A stretch of DNA of 64,000 nucleotides. It comes from Takakia lepidozioides. Taxonomy: Eukaryota > Plantae > Bryophyta. This document shows positions 22,972-37,898 of the stretch, piece by piece. The notes under the pieces are model-generated. The model was given only the letters and a program-made list of their open reading frames with translations, was not told the DNA's origin and ran no database searches. The position numbers and the translations under genes were made by a program. How positions within the stretch are numbered: position 1 is the first letter of the stretch; each line of letters begins with the position of its first letter. The DNA is taken from NCBI GenBank assembly GCA_030704615.1, contig CM060731.1:17608001-17672000 (forward strand), given 5' to 3'.

Positions 22972-25154
22972 CGTGGCCTGTCAGCGGTGTCAATTTATCC
23001 TCACAGATCCAATATGTATTACAAAGTGGTTCTCTGTTCACACCAGAAAACTTGTCGGGGATACCTATATTTGTCCAGCAATCTTAGTTTCCATCGACTT
23101 GAAGTCGTGCGTACATCGTCTTGGCTCACCGGGTGACATTACGTAGGGCATTGCCATCAGAGGTTTTAAGCACTAAGCTGGTACTCTATGGTCTTGGAAT
23201 GAGAATGTAATGTGATCAATTATACCTTGGACAACCATTCTATAAAGAAACCTTGGGCTGTGCAAGCAACCCCCACAAATGCCTCTGGGAGGGTTAGTTT
23301 CCAGCGGGGTCGATTGGCAACGTTCGCAGGGAAATGGGTGTTCTGCTTCCAATCTAGTTGCATGTCTTCAGATGGAATTTGAACCACTTTCCATGTCTTT
23401 TTGGCGATACATGTGCAGTGCCCTCTCTCCGTCCGCCCCACCGACTGACTGATGCTCTCTCATTGAGCTCAGCTTCTTCTCTACTCAATAAGTAGTCACA
23501 GGAAGGACATGGTCAGCTTTCTTAGCTGGGGCGAAAACAATGAAACCCACATTCGCTAATCTAAGATCGCACTGGAAGCTTGTCTGAAGGTCAGGAGTAT
23601 GAAAGCTAAGTAATTCACTAGTCTACGTCGACGAACAACCCTCCAAAGCATAGTAGGTAATCTCCCCGAAGTCCCTTTTACCACAGGAAAGAAGCAAGCT
23701 AATGAAATAGGCCAATATGAAATGCTCCGAACCCATGGGCTGATGGGCCCAACCTCCACATGCGCAGCTACCAACCCAACATACTTACTGGAAAAGTTGG
23801 AACAGAATTCCCTTCACAACCTGTAGAGGCAACGGCCAAGAAACAATGAATGCACATTCAATGGAATTCACAACATTCTACCCACAATCTCACCCAGCCT
23901 TTCTTATATTGGACAGCCCACACGTCTTTGCTAGGCTGGCCTGCCTTCACAGCATTGCGCAGGGACCTGTCACCTGCCCTGCCTTCCTGGGCCCTGACCT
24001 ACTGCACACTGGATCCTAGTGCTTTTTTTTTCCCTTCCACAAAATGTGCATTTCATACTCACTCCTCCCCCAACAAATATTTCCAGGGCCTTCCCGAACC
24101 TGGGATCCATGTGCAGTCTGCGAAGGACTGTTATAGCAACTGCGTGGATGGTGGTAGCTGGCAAGCCCCCAAGGTGTCCCTACCTGCTCTGCTGCTCTTT
24201 TGTTTGAAATAGTCTCTGATCAGGGCGGTGCTATTTGACTTGGCTTGCCAGGGCCCAGTCCAACTGTTGTATTTCTAGGCCAGAAAACACCCTCAACAAA
24301 ATGACAACCGCAGTGAAGAACCCTTTTCACTTAAAAATTGAGAAAGAAGGAAAGAAGGACGAGAAGGAAGAGAAGGAAATTAGGGTTTGGGTTTCTTGTC
24401 AGGCTTGTCAGATAACGTCGTCTTCCAGTGGTTAGTGAGTCCCAGTAATGGTACATCAACATCTTGCATTCTCTATTGCACGGTAATAAATACCATTAAT
24501 TGGACCAAATTTGTAACTAATGATATATCGGAGCTACAAAAGTTGGTAACTTGCCGTCGCTCCATTCAGCGACGGCGCGTGGCGCAAAATGTGGATGAAA
24601 TATTGATAGCTTTGGGGAGGCTTCCATCCACGAAATAGTTTGAGGGGCATTTTCGTGGCCACAACTTGCGAGTGGATGGATGAATAGTTGGATGGATCGG
24701 ATGGATGAGAGATATCCATCCTCCTTAGAATAAAGCCGAGAGCGACAGTAGGGGAACGTGCAAGAAAATTAGAAGAGTGGGGCAGCGGAATTCAAAATGC
24801 GTGGAGGAAAGGGACGGCGGAGATGGAGGGAGCGGCGAGATAGACGGTGCCGATCTGCGCGCACCTTGCTCACGCGACCGTGGATTCCACAGCGGACGGG
24901 CAGGATGATGAACAAGACGCGGAGAACGGGCAGGTAGAAATTTTGGGTGTGCAACCGCGTGAGTCGCTCCCCTCGACTCTTTGGCTCGCAGCCGCTTCTG
25001 CTCGTCTCTCTCTTAGTCTCTCCACCTGCGCGTGCCTGCTTGCTTGAGAGTCGCTGCGGGGGAGAGCGAGGGCGGGGAAGACCGGCTCCCGTGCGCGGGA
25101 CTGGCCTTAGTAGCATCGCGTTTTCGACACCCCGTGCGCCGGTCGCCGTTAAAG

Positions 25155-25946
25155 GTGTGAGCTCTGGCTGTGTTTGTGTGCTTCTTTCTCTCTGGTTTCC
25201 GGGGGTTGCGTCTTTACATCTTGATGTATCCGTCTCGGTCATGTAGGTTTTGTACTCGATCTTTGGCTGTCCCGGTTTGTGGCCGTGCGACAGGTGATTT
25301 TTGCTGTTTGCTTTCTGTTTTGGCCTCTGGAGTGTGCATGGCAACTGTGATCTGTGTGTGTTGAGTGAGTTTCGCCGATGTGATACGAGGGATCAAGATG
25401 TCTGGGTTTATGCTTTCCCGCATGTCGCTTGTTCACATGTTGTGTTTGCTTCAACTGATGTGTCGCATTTAGGTTGTCTGGAGGCTGTGGTCGTCTGTGC
25501 TGTTTTCTTGTTGTAAAATGCGTAAGTGCGTCGCTTGTTTGGCCTCTGTGGCGTTTCTGGCTTGTGAATGATCGATCTTGGGATCTTCTGTTTGAGATCG
25601 ACCAGGCGGTGTTTATTCCATAGGTCTCCACCTATGGGATGTCCTGTTGTAGTGTCTTCTGCATTGTTGTTGACCGGCAGTATCATGGACCTTGTGTGTC
25701 ATAGCGGGTCTTTTGCCGCTCCATGGGTGGCAAGGCTTGATCGGCACATCCGTTAGAGGTTTCTGTTGGTCTGGATCCGCTGCTTTTGTCTTGGTGTGTC
25801 GATCTGTTATCTGTTCGCTCGCCAATGTCATCTTTGAAAGATATATGCACTTCACATTGTGCAGTAGGTTTTGATGTGGGGTCAGTTCTCTCGCCCATCA
25901 CGGGAGTGGATGGTTCTTGAGATGATTCTCGGTTACTTGTGTGCAG
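25155..25946 (+). other. 5'-UTR (leader) intron of the actin gene
   Basis: Donor AAG|GTGTGA at 25155 and acceptor GTGCAG at 25946 (alternative AG at 25950), just upstream of the ATG at 25962. Leader introns are typical of plant actin genes. Confidence 0.6.
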
Positions 25947-25961
25947 GTAGGTCTTTTCAAA

Positions 25962-27499
<1,538 letters not shown>

Positions 27500-29728
27500 A
27501 CCGGAATACATACATCTTTTTCATTTATCTGCACACCCCCTTATTGGGACTAGATCTTGCATGGATGCAGTTTTTACTGCAAGTGAGTGGCTTTTGAATT
27601 GGGCTGGTGAGCACAGATAATATAGTGGTTCACTTGGATAGATCTAAGGTTTGTAAAAATAGCGGACTTCGGGGTGGGTATGAGTGGCTGATATAGGCAC
27701 ACAGCCTGTTATGTCACAATTTTATGGTGTCCAGATATGGAGTTCTCCGATTCTATTCCTCATTTTGTAATGCTTTTTGTGATGATGCATGGATTGAGTG
27801 TCTGCTGAAGTATCCAGGGTTGAAGTGGATGAGTTGTCACACCTGCATGAGTAACATCAAACTTGAAGAAATTTCTAAGAACTAGAATTCATGCAGATCT
27901 GGTCTACATGTTGCATCAGGTTGTGAATCAACTGGACCAACCTGTGGACCATTTGGGGTTAAGGCAACTAAGGCCAGTACCCTCGGTGGTTATTTGTCAA
28001 TGCACCTGTTTCAAGTTGAATTTAATGTAATAAGTTTTGGAGTGTGTGAGATGGCTGAACCCTGCTCACATGTTGATTGTGTTAAGTTTGTGTTATCTTT
28101 AGTCTATAGGTGGGGTTTGTTGTTGCCATGAACCATAGTAGACATTAAATAATTATTCCTGGTTTGTTCTTTTGTGAAACCATGTAAACCCTCAATTCTT
28201 TTCGAATGTCTATTAGTGTTGCTTGAGGTTGGGTATTGCGAGAGCACAAGGGCATATTCCTCGAGGTTCTGTGAAATCTCTGTGAAATTTCTACATTGAA
28301 ACGAAATTGGTGAAACTAACACAAAAAGAACAAGTAATCCCTAACCTGATGAACAATTACCCTATAAGCGTGGCTCTTTTTCCATAATAGGCACGAGAGT
28401 GGGTGGTGAGGCTTCACCTCAAATTGAAGGTCCTTGGCCATGGATAATGTTGCATGGTGAAACTCTGTGTCAAGCAGCCTTAGAAGAAATCAGTGTAGCT
28501 GACATGATGAATAGGTCATTTTAAAGACCCCACCCATTGCTTTTGGATGTGGGATTGTTGGGTGATGGGATTTCGTATAGAAAATTTCGAGTCAAGCTAT
28601 ACCACTAAGGGTTTCTCAATCCAAAACCCTGCTTAGGTTTGTGCCCATATCATTTCTCAATGCGAAATTCACTGCCGCCGCTATAAGTTTTTCGCCTCGC
28701 AGAATTGGCGCAAATGTACCGTACAAATGCACCAATCCTCTATACCCGCTTATGGTTTTATTCCATTTTGAAAACATATAACTCTTATGACCAAGGTTTA
28801 GAAACAGAAAACTCCCATGACCGTGGGTTGTGCTCAAGTGAGCATGCTTACGCTGTGCACACAAGATACTAACCCCCCTGTGGTTTGTGCTGTTGAGCAC
28901 ATATTGTATCGTCGTTTTACTAAATATGTATGTACAACTTTTGTGAGCATGTGAAAATGAAGGGCCAATATTCCAGAAAAAATCCAAATTGTTATTTTTC
29001 AAAGACGAAGAATACTTTAAATTCAAATATCTACCACACCACAATTCTGAAAATTATGTAACTGCCTCAGGTGTTACAGAGCTATCAAGAAGAACTTGGG
29101 AGATTATGAATCTGTTTTTAAAACAAACATGCAAAACTATTAGAAAGAATTTATAATTTCTGCTGCACACCGACAATTGATTCCGAGAACATGCTATCTT
29201 CCAAAACTGAATTATGATTTCCATTGGTATTTCGCTTGTATTTCGCCAACAAAACTCTCCAAACTTAGAATATATCACGTCGAGGAGAGATTCAATAGTG
29301 AGCTCCGCCAGAATGAGCATGTTCACTTGAGTAGACCAAAATATTCCATAGATATTTTCAGAATATGGTACTGCAAAACGAAAATGCGCTTTGTTGGTTT
29401 TTTGAATTTTTCGCGAGCGATACTCATAATTCCATGTATTTGAGTATTCCTCACATTTTTGTTGAAGTACCCTATGTCCCCCTATTCCTATGACCGTGGT
29501 TAAAAAACAAAACCTCCATGACCGTGATTTGAGCTCACGCTCACATGATACCAACTGCAATCGGGAGATCTCAACGAATCTCCCAAAACGGTGAGTAGAC
29601 TGGATTATTTGGGTATGATGTGACGTTTTTCTTTAGCCAATGGCTAAAGGACTTGTGATGCATCATCTCTTTGGTGCAGAATGTGCATTTTCTTGATTAT
29701 ATGGCAATACGCATCCCCCTCTTAGTTT

Positions 29729-30771
29729 GCACTAGACATAGGATGGGAGTTGAATGTGCGCGTGCGAGCCTTGCCACTACAATCATAGGAGTTAGCTAGA
29801 GAGGCCCCGGGCCCGATGTCTAGTCGAGCCTTTCCCTTGTGCATCATGCCCCTCTCGGGTCCCATGCTCTACGCTCCATATTCCCAACCTTTTGCTCCTA
29901 TATTCCCTCAGTGCCGCTCCCCGCTCCCATGTATTACTGCTCCCTTGCTATGGCTCCCCTACTCCCCTGTTATCGAACCCCTTCTCCCTCCTTCTGAGGG
30001 AGCATTAACATAGGGGAGGGGGAGTAATAACAAGGGAGCACAAACAAGAGAAGCGGGGGAGCAGCAATAGAGGAGCGAGCACTTCCCTTGTACTTTATGC
30101 CCTTCCTTAGGTCCCATGATCTACGCTCCATGTTCCTTGTCTTTTGCTCTTTTGTTCCCACTACGTCGTTCGCTTGCTCCTTTGTGTTCCTACTCCCTTG
30201 CTATGGCTCACATACTCCCCTGTTATCGGACCCATGCTTCCTCCTTCTGAGGGAGTATTAATAGGGGAGTAATCAACATTGCACAAAACAAAACAAAAGA
30301 TGGATGCATGTCGAAGCAACCACGAAATATGGTGTCTTTCACTAGGTAACATAGGGGAGTGAGAGTAATACCAAGGGAGCACAAACAAGAGATGGAGCGG
30401 GGGAACATAGGGGAGCACGAACAAGGGAGTGGTATATATGTGGAAACAGGTGAGCAAAGATTTGCTTCAAGGACTTCAGTTTCTTTTTGGAGATACCAAA
30501 AGTTTACTTTAATCTCTCCAAATCAAGAAGTATACCCAGTTAAACCACACCTTGACTCAGATTTGAACACCACACCCCAAGATTATTAATCAATACACCC
30601 AAACATCAAGCAGCTACCCGCCACCTCCTTGCTACCAATTAAAATAAAAAAAAATTATATTTTGTAATACATGCGCGAGGGCAAGGCTAGGAGGTGGAGA
30701 TTTGAATGCGGGGCCAGCCACAGGGCATCCCATCTTTGGTGCACATTTAACTCCCCTCGTATGTCTAGTGC
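29729..30771. mobile_element. Non-autonomous TIR element with CACTA-like ends
   Basis: ~31-bp TIRs: GCACTAGACATAGGATGGGAGTTGAATGTGC (29729) and GCACATTTAACTCCCCTCGTATGTCTAGTGC (30741-30771). The interior is a diverged ~250-bp tandem duplication. No matching TSD seen. Confidence 0.7.
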
Positions 30772-31469
30772 CTTCCCCCCTTCTTTAGTAGAAGACAAAG
30801 GTAGTCAATATACGCTGTCAATTCATGTGTACAACTTACCCTAGTCAAGCGGCGCCATCTTGTCCTACCATCTATGTGTACCATTGTCTCTATATGCATC
30901 GTTCGCTCACACTTCTCTCGCTAGACTCCCCAAATTCTAGAGCAACACCCTAGAGCAACATGCTTTTCCACCACGCTCGAAACGTGGTGAAGCTGTCGAG
31001 TAATACAATTGGTTGAAAGTATAGGATTGATGGTTAGAAAGAGTCGGCGCTCATTTGACTTTAATATTTGTTTTTGCGTGGTTTTTTGCTCATAAAACAT
31101 CTCACTTTGACAGCACTCCAATCAGTTGTGTTGATTTCCTTATGCTATGTTTATACCCTCATTTGCACTTATATTGGCTTTCATATTGATTACTAGCTTG
31201 AGCATCGAGAGAGAGTGTGAGTCCCTGGGGATTATTAAGTCAGGGCTTAAGCTTGGGTAAGCTTGTGCCTATAATGGATGCTTAGGTGGTTGAGGGTGTT
31301 TTTGCACCAAGACTTTTAGCTGAATGCGTTGAATCTCCTACTAATTGATTGGTATATGTAATGGTGGCGAGGGCTAAAAAGGCACATACCTTAACATTTC
31401 AATGTCCATTGGGGAATTGTGACATTTCAAGAATAATAATAATAATAATAATTTATCCCTCGACCAATA

Positions 31470-31760
31470 AAAAAGAGTGCAAATTTTGAACAAAGGTTTT
31501 CTTAAAGGAAGGATGATCTTGGAAACTGTGCTCCTCATTAATGAAGCTATGCATGCGGCCAAATGCTCGGAGCAGCCCTTGGCAATCCTTATGCTACATT
31601 TTGAGAAGGTTTTTGAATAACATTGACTGGGATATCTTGAACAAGATTATCTTGAAAGTTGGAATGTCGGAGCTTTTCTCCATATGGGTGCGTTGCTCAG
31701 GTCCACATCCCGTAAGATCACCATCAATGGCTCCATTTCCAAATCATTCTCTCTGAAGCC
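31470..31760 (+). mobile_element. Degenerate L1-type LINE reverse-transcriptase fragment
   Basis: Reads ..KGFLKGRMILETVLLINEAMHAAKCSEQPLAILMLHFEKVFE/IDWDILNKIILKVGMSELFSIWV, matching the plant L1 RT pattern GF..GR.I....LDFEKAFD.VDW.FL; interrupted by stops and frameshifts. Confidence 0.75.
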
Positions 31761-34700
31761 TCCCCTTCCACGGCTATAGGTCCGGAGTGGTGTTCCACGG
31801 GTACAGGTCATGTTTTTCGTTGATGACGTGGCGTGAGCCCAGAAGTTTGTCACGTGACAAGCACGAGCCTATGCTCGAGCCATGTCATCAACGCGTGAGC
31901 ATAGGCTTATAAGCTCACAACATAGAGTCGTTGTCTAACGGACGTCACACTCCACACGTTTTCTCTTCTGACATTTTCTCTTCAAGGAGAAGTGCTCCCG
32001 AGTTCGGCACCAAACAACATGGACATCACTGTTTTCTTAGGAATAATCCATCCGACAATTAGACCATTTGTTACTTTTAAATTGAATAGCATGTGGGATC
32101 TTGGAGCCCAACCTTTGCTTCTTATGAAATGAAGATATAGAAGGTCTGAATTTACCTCATGAGAAGTGTAAACTGTCCACAGTGTGGTCTATGCCACCGC
32201 TTATGATTATAGGTTTGTTCAGAATAGTAATCCTGCAATTGGTCTTGCACGTCTATACCCCACATGTGCTGCGGGTAATGCTTGACAATGGGGAATGTAG
32301 GGACCAAACGTCTGGCACCAGTCTGCTACCGTTCAATGAAACATTTGTCTACTACATAATTCACTGTTGTATCCAACAATTTAAAACATTTCTTGTCAAA
32401 CTAGGATATGTCTTCGTAGTGTAACATAAATTCTTTTTGCTGTCAGGTTATAGAATAAGATGGGGCTAAAAAACAAATTGTCCATATTAGTGATGATATG
32501 CCTAGATTATCTTCAAATCTTGCCCATAACCTACCCACCACATAATATCCAAAACCATATATCAAATCAATGCCATCCTTTCAATGATACACCTCCAATT
32601 CATATTTAGTGGAGGTGACATCAACCAAACATTTATACCCTACTTCACAAGTTTTTTACTTATGTACTATTGGAGTTTAGAATACTTATTCTTGTATTTT
32701 CCCATCATCGCATCTACAGTCAAATTTTGCTTGAGCCACGTGAAAGTATCATACAAATCATTTTTATTATCTATGAACCAACGAGTTTTATAGACCTTGA
32801 TGTTGTTGATGCGCAAGTATATTTTGCTTTTATTTGAGGATGAACAACTTGAATTTAGTCTAAGGTGAGGATGATATAATTGAGAGGTTTGATAGGTTTG
32901 AATCTCGAGTCTTTGCTGACATTATTAATTTCATTATCTGAGGTAGAAAATGCACAAGTTGTGTGATGGGTCTTTAATCCTTACGTTGTAAGATTTAAAG
33001 AGGTTCGTCGTGCAATTGATAACAACCTTGATGGCACATTTGAGTTCAGACTATAGTCAACTAACAAAATACACAAGTCTCTCAATTTCCAAGGCCTCCA
33101 GTGGCGTGAGTTGGATTTCAAAGTCGAAGCAATTTTTTAGCATTATCTTGTTGAACTGCTGTTTTCTAGCAGTTTGGTTGAATCCTAATGTCTGATCTCA
33201 CTCACGAGTACTGTAGGTGTTTTGTTATTGAGAGTAGTCCTACAATTTCAACGATTTATTATGTATAAGCCATCTATGCGTGATTTGCTAGACGTGCTCT
33301 CGGTGCAAGTCTTATACGCATATTTTCCAAAGGACTAGTCATCTTATTGCATGACCAGTTTGCATTGCGAGTAGTCCAACAACTTTGGATGTTTGATTCT
33401 GGAGAGCAATATTGGCATGTTCATTCTCTTCTTACTCGCATTTGGAAGAAGGGTCACGAAGCTTGTATGTTGGCTTTTGGATCAAAATTGGCAAGGCTTG
33501 GACACTATGGTTGGCAATCGTCAATCATGTGCCCACCATGCACAAACTGTCGATAGTGACCTTCTCGCCATGGGTGTGGCAATACCAACGGTTAGCTTGG
33601 CTAAGATCTCTAGGAAGTGAAGGTATTTTGGTAGGGAATTGTTTTGAATTAAATCTATGTCCGACTCCCTAATTGAACTATATTGGTTAAGGTCTAGAAG
33701 AAGTTGTAAGAGTTATCTGTTGTGTTTCGTTTGTTGACTCCAGCCTTGGCTCATATAAATAAAATATTTTAGGAGTCCAAATTGACATAAATGGAAGATG
33801 GTTTGGTACTTCTAATGGGTCAACATCTTTTGTGCATGGTATAATCATTTCAATGGTTAGTTCATCCGTCAAGGTCAGTAGTACACTTCGTGGCCGGTAT
33901 GGTGGAAGTATAGATGGCCAAGCCAACTACAAAAGTGGGGTACTTAGGTGATCAACTGATTACGTACATAGGGACTTTTGAGCCCTTTGAGGGAGGGTTT
34001 CCCCGCTTTGACCGTGTTGCCTCGATTACGACTATTAGAGGTGTCCACTTTCTAAACAGAAGGCAGTACCTCTTCAAAGTGATAAAACATCCAACATATG
34101 CAGTGGCCCTGTAGTTATGGCACAAGATCATCTTACTCATGTATTGCTCTAGTTACGGCCATTAGAAGATGTCCACCTTCCAAATGGAAGACAATAACTT
34201 TTTGAGAATGAAGTTTGCTTCCGTAAGAATCCGCTTTCTTAAGTAAATATGCTTATAAATTAAATTTAGAATATTATGCGCATTCGTATTTTAATTTATA
34301 AACTTCCAATCTCTTTGGTTTCTTATGCGATGAATGATGAATGTATGTAAGTATTGTACGGGAGCAATGTCTGGGAATCTAGCTTTGGTAAAAAAAAGAT
34401 AGCAAAAATGATATTAAATGTGCGTTATTTGAATTGGATCATTTGAGGATCGAGAAGTGGGTTGTACCGTTCCAAGTTGCGTTAATTTAACTACTACTTC
34501 ATTGCTGATGATATCTTTATGGGAGCGGACTTTGTGTAGGTGTATCTACATAGAGGAGGAAGACATATAATATGGATGATTTGTTTGACAAGCGGATGGT
34601 GTATTTGTGAAAGTTTTAGGTTTTGGTTCATGACTAAACAAATAGAGACTAAGCTATTTGTGAAGATGTAGTAGCTCGTTCTCTGATTTTTGGTGTTGGG

Positions 34701-35049
34701 GGGAGTCTAAGGCATCACGCCATGAGTTTTACACGCATGATGTTTTTGGTGGCATGGAAGGCGGTTATATCTCGGTGGTTATTAGTACTGTTACTATAGA
34801 TTTTATATCCGACATGAGAATCTTCTAGGATCCATTTGTATAAATGCATTGTAGTGGGTAGACTTTAAAGGGGAGATATTACCATATTCTAGGACGGGCA
34901 AGACATAGGTTGGATGTGATGCATACCTCATAGTTGTCATAAAACGCTCTTTGGGTGACATGGCGAAATGCCATTGCTATGAGGATGAATGCTATATTTA
35001 ATAGTGAGGGGCGCCACATTGGATGCGATGCGACATATATGGATGCAAA

Positions 35050-35950
35050 GTAACCAAATCTGGATGTGAAGTGCACTCTCGTGACAGACTATAAAGTGAG
35101 CTTGGGGTACATACATGCTTACCTAATAAACTGTGCTCAAAGCAACATGTTCTCAGTGCAATCATGTATCTCAAACATAATAACTTTGTGGTATATAATG
35201 CGTTCACTTGGAACTAGGCGAAGAGTTCTTTAAGTGACGACGCATTTTTTCGTGTGCACAGTTATTAACAAGGTCTGTGCAGATGACATCCATTGGCCAA
35301 GTGCTGAAGAACGGTTGAGCTTAAGCAAACGGGTGAATGGCTTCCTAGGTTTCATTGATGGCACACTCTGCAAAGATTTGGAGGCCATTCAATAATCCAA
35401 ATCATAAGAAATGTTTTAACGGAAGGAAGAAGATCGATGTACCGTTAAATGAACAATACACATGATGGTTTGTTTATTTACATTGATGTAGGTAAGTACT
35501 AGGCTATCCAGAAAGCTATCATGATATAAATGTTATCTGGAATTCAGATTTGTATGCTAATTGGAGAAAGCATTTTGCTTAAGGCGATGCTGCAGCTGAG
35601 TACATTTTATGGGATCTTGGTTACATGGGTGTATGGGTGTAGACATGTTTATCATGCGAAGGTTTGCTATTGCAGAAATGCCCCCTGGAGTCAATAACAA
35701 TGTCATCATTGGCTACAACAAATTACATGCAAGACGGAGAATAAAGATGGAGTGAGAAATTGGCGGGCTGAAGCAGGACTTCAAGCGGTTCCTAAAACAA
35801 CACAAAGCCAAGGTTCTATCACATGTTTAGGACAAGAACCATACTAACCAATTTTTTTTACCAAAGAGAGGCAGATTACAACTTTTGAAGACCTAGGGCC
35901 ATATGGTGGAGGTCCAGAGGCAGAAGCTGACGTTTATGGGTAGGCAGAGG
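35050..35950 (+). pseudogene. PIF/Harbinger (DDE_Tnp_4 / HARBI1-like) transposase relic
   Basis: Across frameshifts: WPSAEER, GFIDGTLCKIWRP..FNGRKK, HDGLFIYIDVG..YPESYHD, YILWDLGY, YNKLHARRRIKME*EIGGLK, ILTNFF. Confidence 0.85.
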
Positions 35951-36467
35951 AATTGAAATGCTTAGGATTTAAGTCTGTACTCAATTCTATTAGTGATATA
36001 AAGCTATGAGTTGTTTCTAAATCTGAAGATCTACCTAGTTATATGCTCATGTATTTAATTAGTTTGAATAAAAGAGGGCTGGAAGCTCTAAGCCCTCTTC
36101 TCATGAGCTTCAGAGCTGATACTAGAGAAGCCTCTGTCATATGTTTGAGGATAAAGGTGGGAGGCTTGAAAGCTTTGAGCTTTTAGGTCATATGAGCACT
36201 TAGAGAAAGAGCTCCATCTCTGGTCTTTGTAAAAACCCCGCATGAAAGGAGAAACGTTCTAGAATCTGGTCTTTGTGAAAACCCTACATGAAATGTGAAA
36301 GAATTATGCAAACATATGCAATTGAAACAAAGTTATAGACATAAATTTACGTTGGGAAATTTGGTTCATCGCTTATAAACAAAATACATAGTTAAAACCT
36401 AATCTGGATTAAAAATGGCACCCACCATCTCTATAGCAGTAGTACTTGAATTTAATCTGGATTATAA

Positions 36468-37330
36468 ATGCCCACCACCTCCCTAGCACTAGCTGCAAAC
36501 TCCTCTTATGAGATGACATTCATTTCCAACGGAAACTTGAGGTTGTCCAAGTGCAATTTGTGGTTGATCAACCTAGTATTTTTGCTCTTGGTCTGCAAAT
36601 ATGAGTCCTTTGTAGCAGTAGTAGCTACAAAATCACTGGACATCTTCGAAAGCTGTAACTTGAGTAAAAAGGAGCTTAGCTTTTGTTGTGATCTTATGGA
36701 TGTGTGCACTAGGAGGAACATCAGATTTATGAGTAGAGGAGCTGGAAGCCTTAAGATGGTATTTTTGGCTGCTGGTTGAAGAGCATGCTGCAAATTCTCT
36801 AATCTCTTTGCAAATATGTTATATATTGCATGAACTAGCATGCCCATTGGTCTCCTTGATTTTTTTGCAAAAATTCATCGTTTTGCAATGACATAGCGCC
36901 AGAATACGACGATGTTCTTGTCTCGAGCTCTTTCAAGTTTCCCGTAGCTTTGTCTTCAGGTCTCTTCAACAAACAATGAATTTGCTTGAATAACATTGAC
37001 TCAACATAAATCAACTTCCAAACAAAGTTTGGGATAGTTTGCTTGCTAGCTTGTGTGCGTCGTAAGGAGTAGACAATGAAATGCTTATGGTAAGAAGCTG
37101 CCAATGTCGCCAAATGCTTATTATCCACTACCTGTCTTGCCCGCTTCATAGATGAACGCTTTACCTTCATATTCTTCAATGGATTTACAATAATAGCCTC
37201 AAACTGAAAATCATCAATTTGTGAATGATCCTATGGAGCATCAAATTCGTTACTGGAGTTGTTCAATTTTATTAGAGATTCCAAGCTTTTGGCCCAAGAA
37301 TCCATTGCTGCCAAAATAGCTCCGTAAACC
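36468..37330 (-). pseudogene. Probable degenerate second (DNA-binding partner) ORF of the Harbinger element, convergent with the transposase
   Basis: Broken minus-strand ORFs (36835-37179, 36506-36847) with helical, charged composition directly downstream of the Harbinger transposase. Identity is inferred from position only. Confidence 0.4.
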
Positions 37331-37806
37331 CAAATGCTCTCATGCAAGCCCCCTCTAGAGCAAGCCTTCTCAACTTGTCCAAATCCCTAAATTCACAACG
37401 AAACTGCCTGGACGTGCATTTGGGTAGGTGTTTTGAGTTTGAACCCGAGTTGAATACGACAAAAATGCCTAAAAACGTTGGACACTAGTTTTGCCATGAA
37501 GTGGGTCGAGTCGACCTGAGTTGATGGAATTTATGGATAACTCTTATATCCCATAACCGAGGTTTGGAGCCATTTCGCCTACATGGTAGCGTTTAATTTG
37601 TCCTAGACAGGCCTGTCACCCGCCGTAGCCCACCACCGCCAGCTCTACTACAGCACTTGGATGACTGACAACCATCCTTAAGGATTATTGTCATCCAACA
37701 ACTTGTCAATATGTCCAGGAATCTCGGTTATGTCCGGTAGACGGGGGAGCCTTGACCAACTACACCCCGTAGCCGGTCTCGCCTCCCCGGCTACATAGTC
37801 CATAGA

Positions 37807-37898
37807 GTTCAAGAGGAGGGGGAATACTGGGATGTAGCTGGCCTCACCGCTCCGGTGGCTCGGCCTTGCTACATCCAGTATTCCCTCTCATCTTGAAC
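37807..37898. mobile_element. 92-bp Mutator-like MITE with 9-bp TSD
   Basis: Arms GTTCAAGAGGAGGGGGAATACTGGGATGTAGC and GCTACATCCAGTATTCCCTCTCATCTTGAAC; flanked by GTCCATAGA at 37798-37806 and 37899-37907. Confidence 0.8.

Noticed and set aside
24769-25860. Multiple overlapping ORFs upstream of actin
   Set aside because: This is the GC-rich promoter, 5' UTR and leader intron; no coding signal is recognisable.
32000-34400. Short ORFs in a probably TE-derived region
   Set aside because: No recognisable motif in the translations examined; left unannotated.
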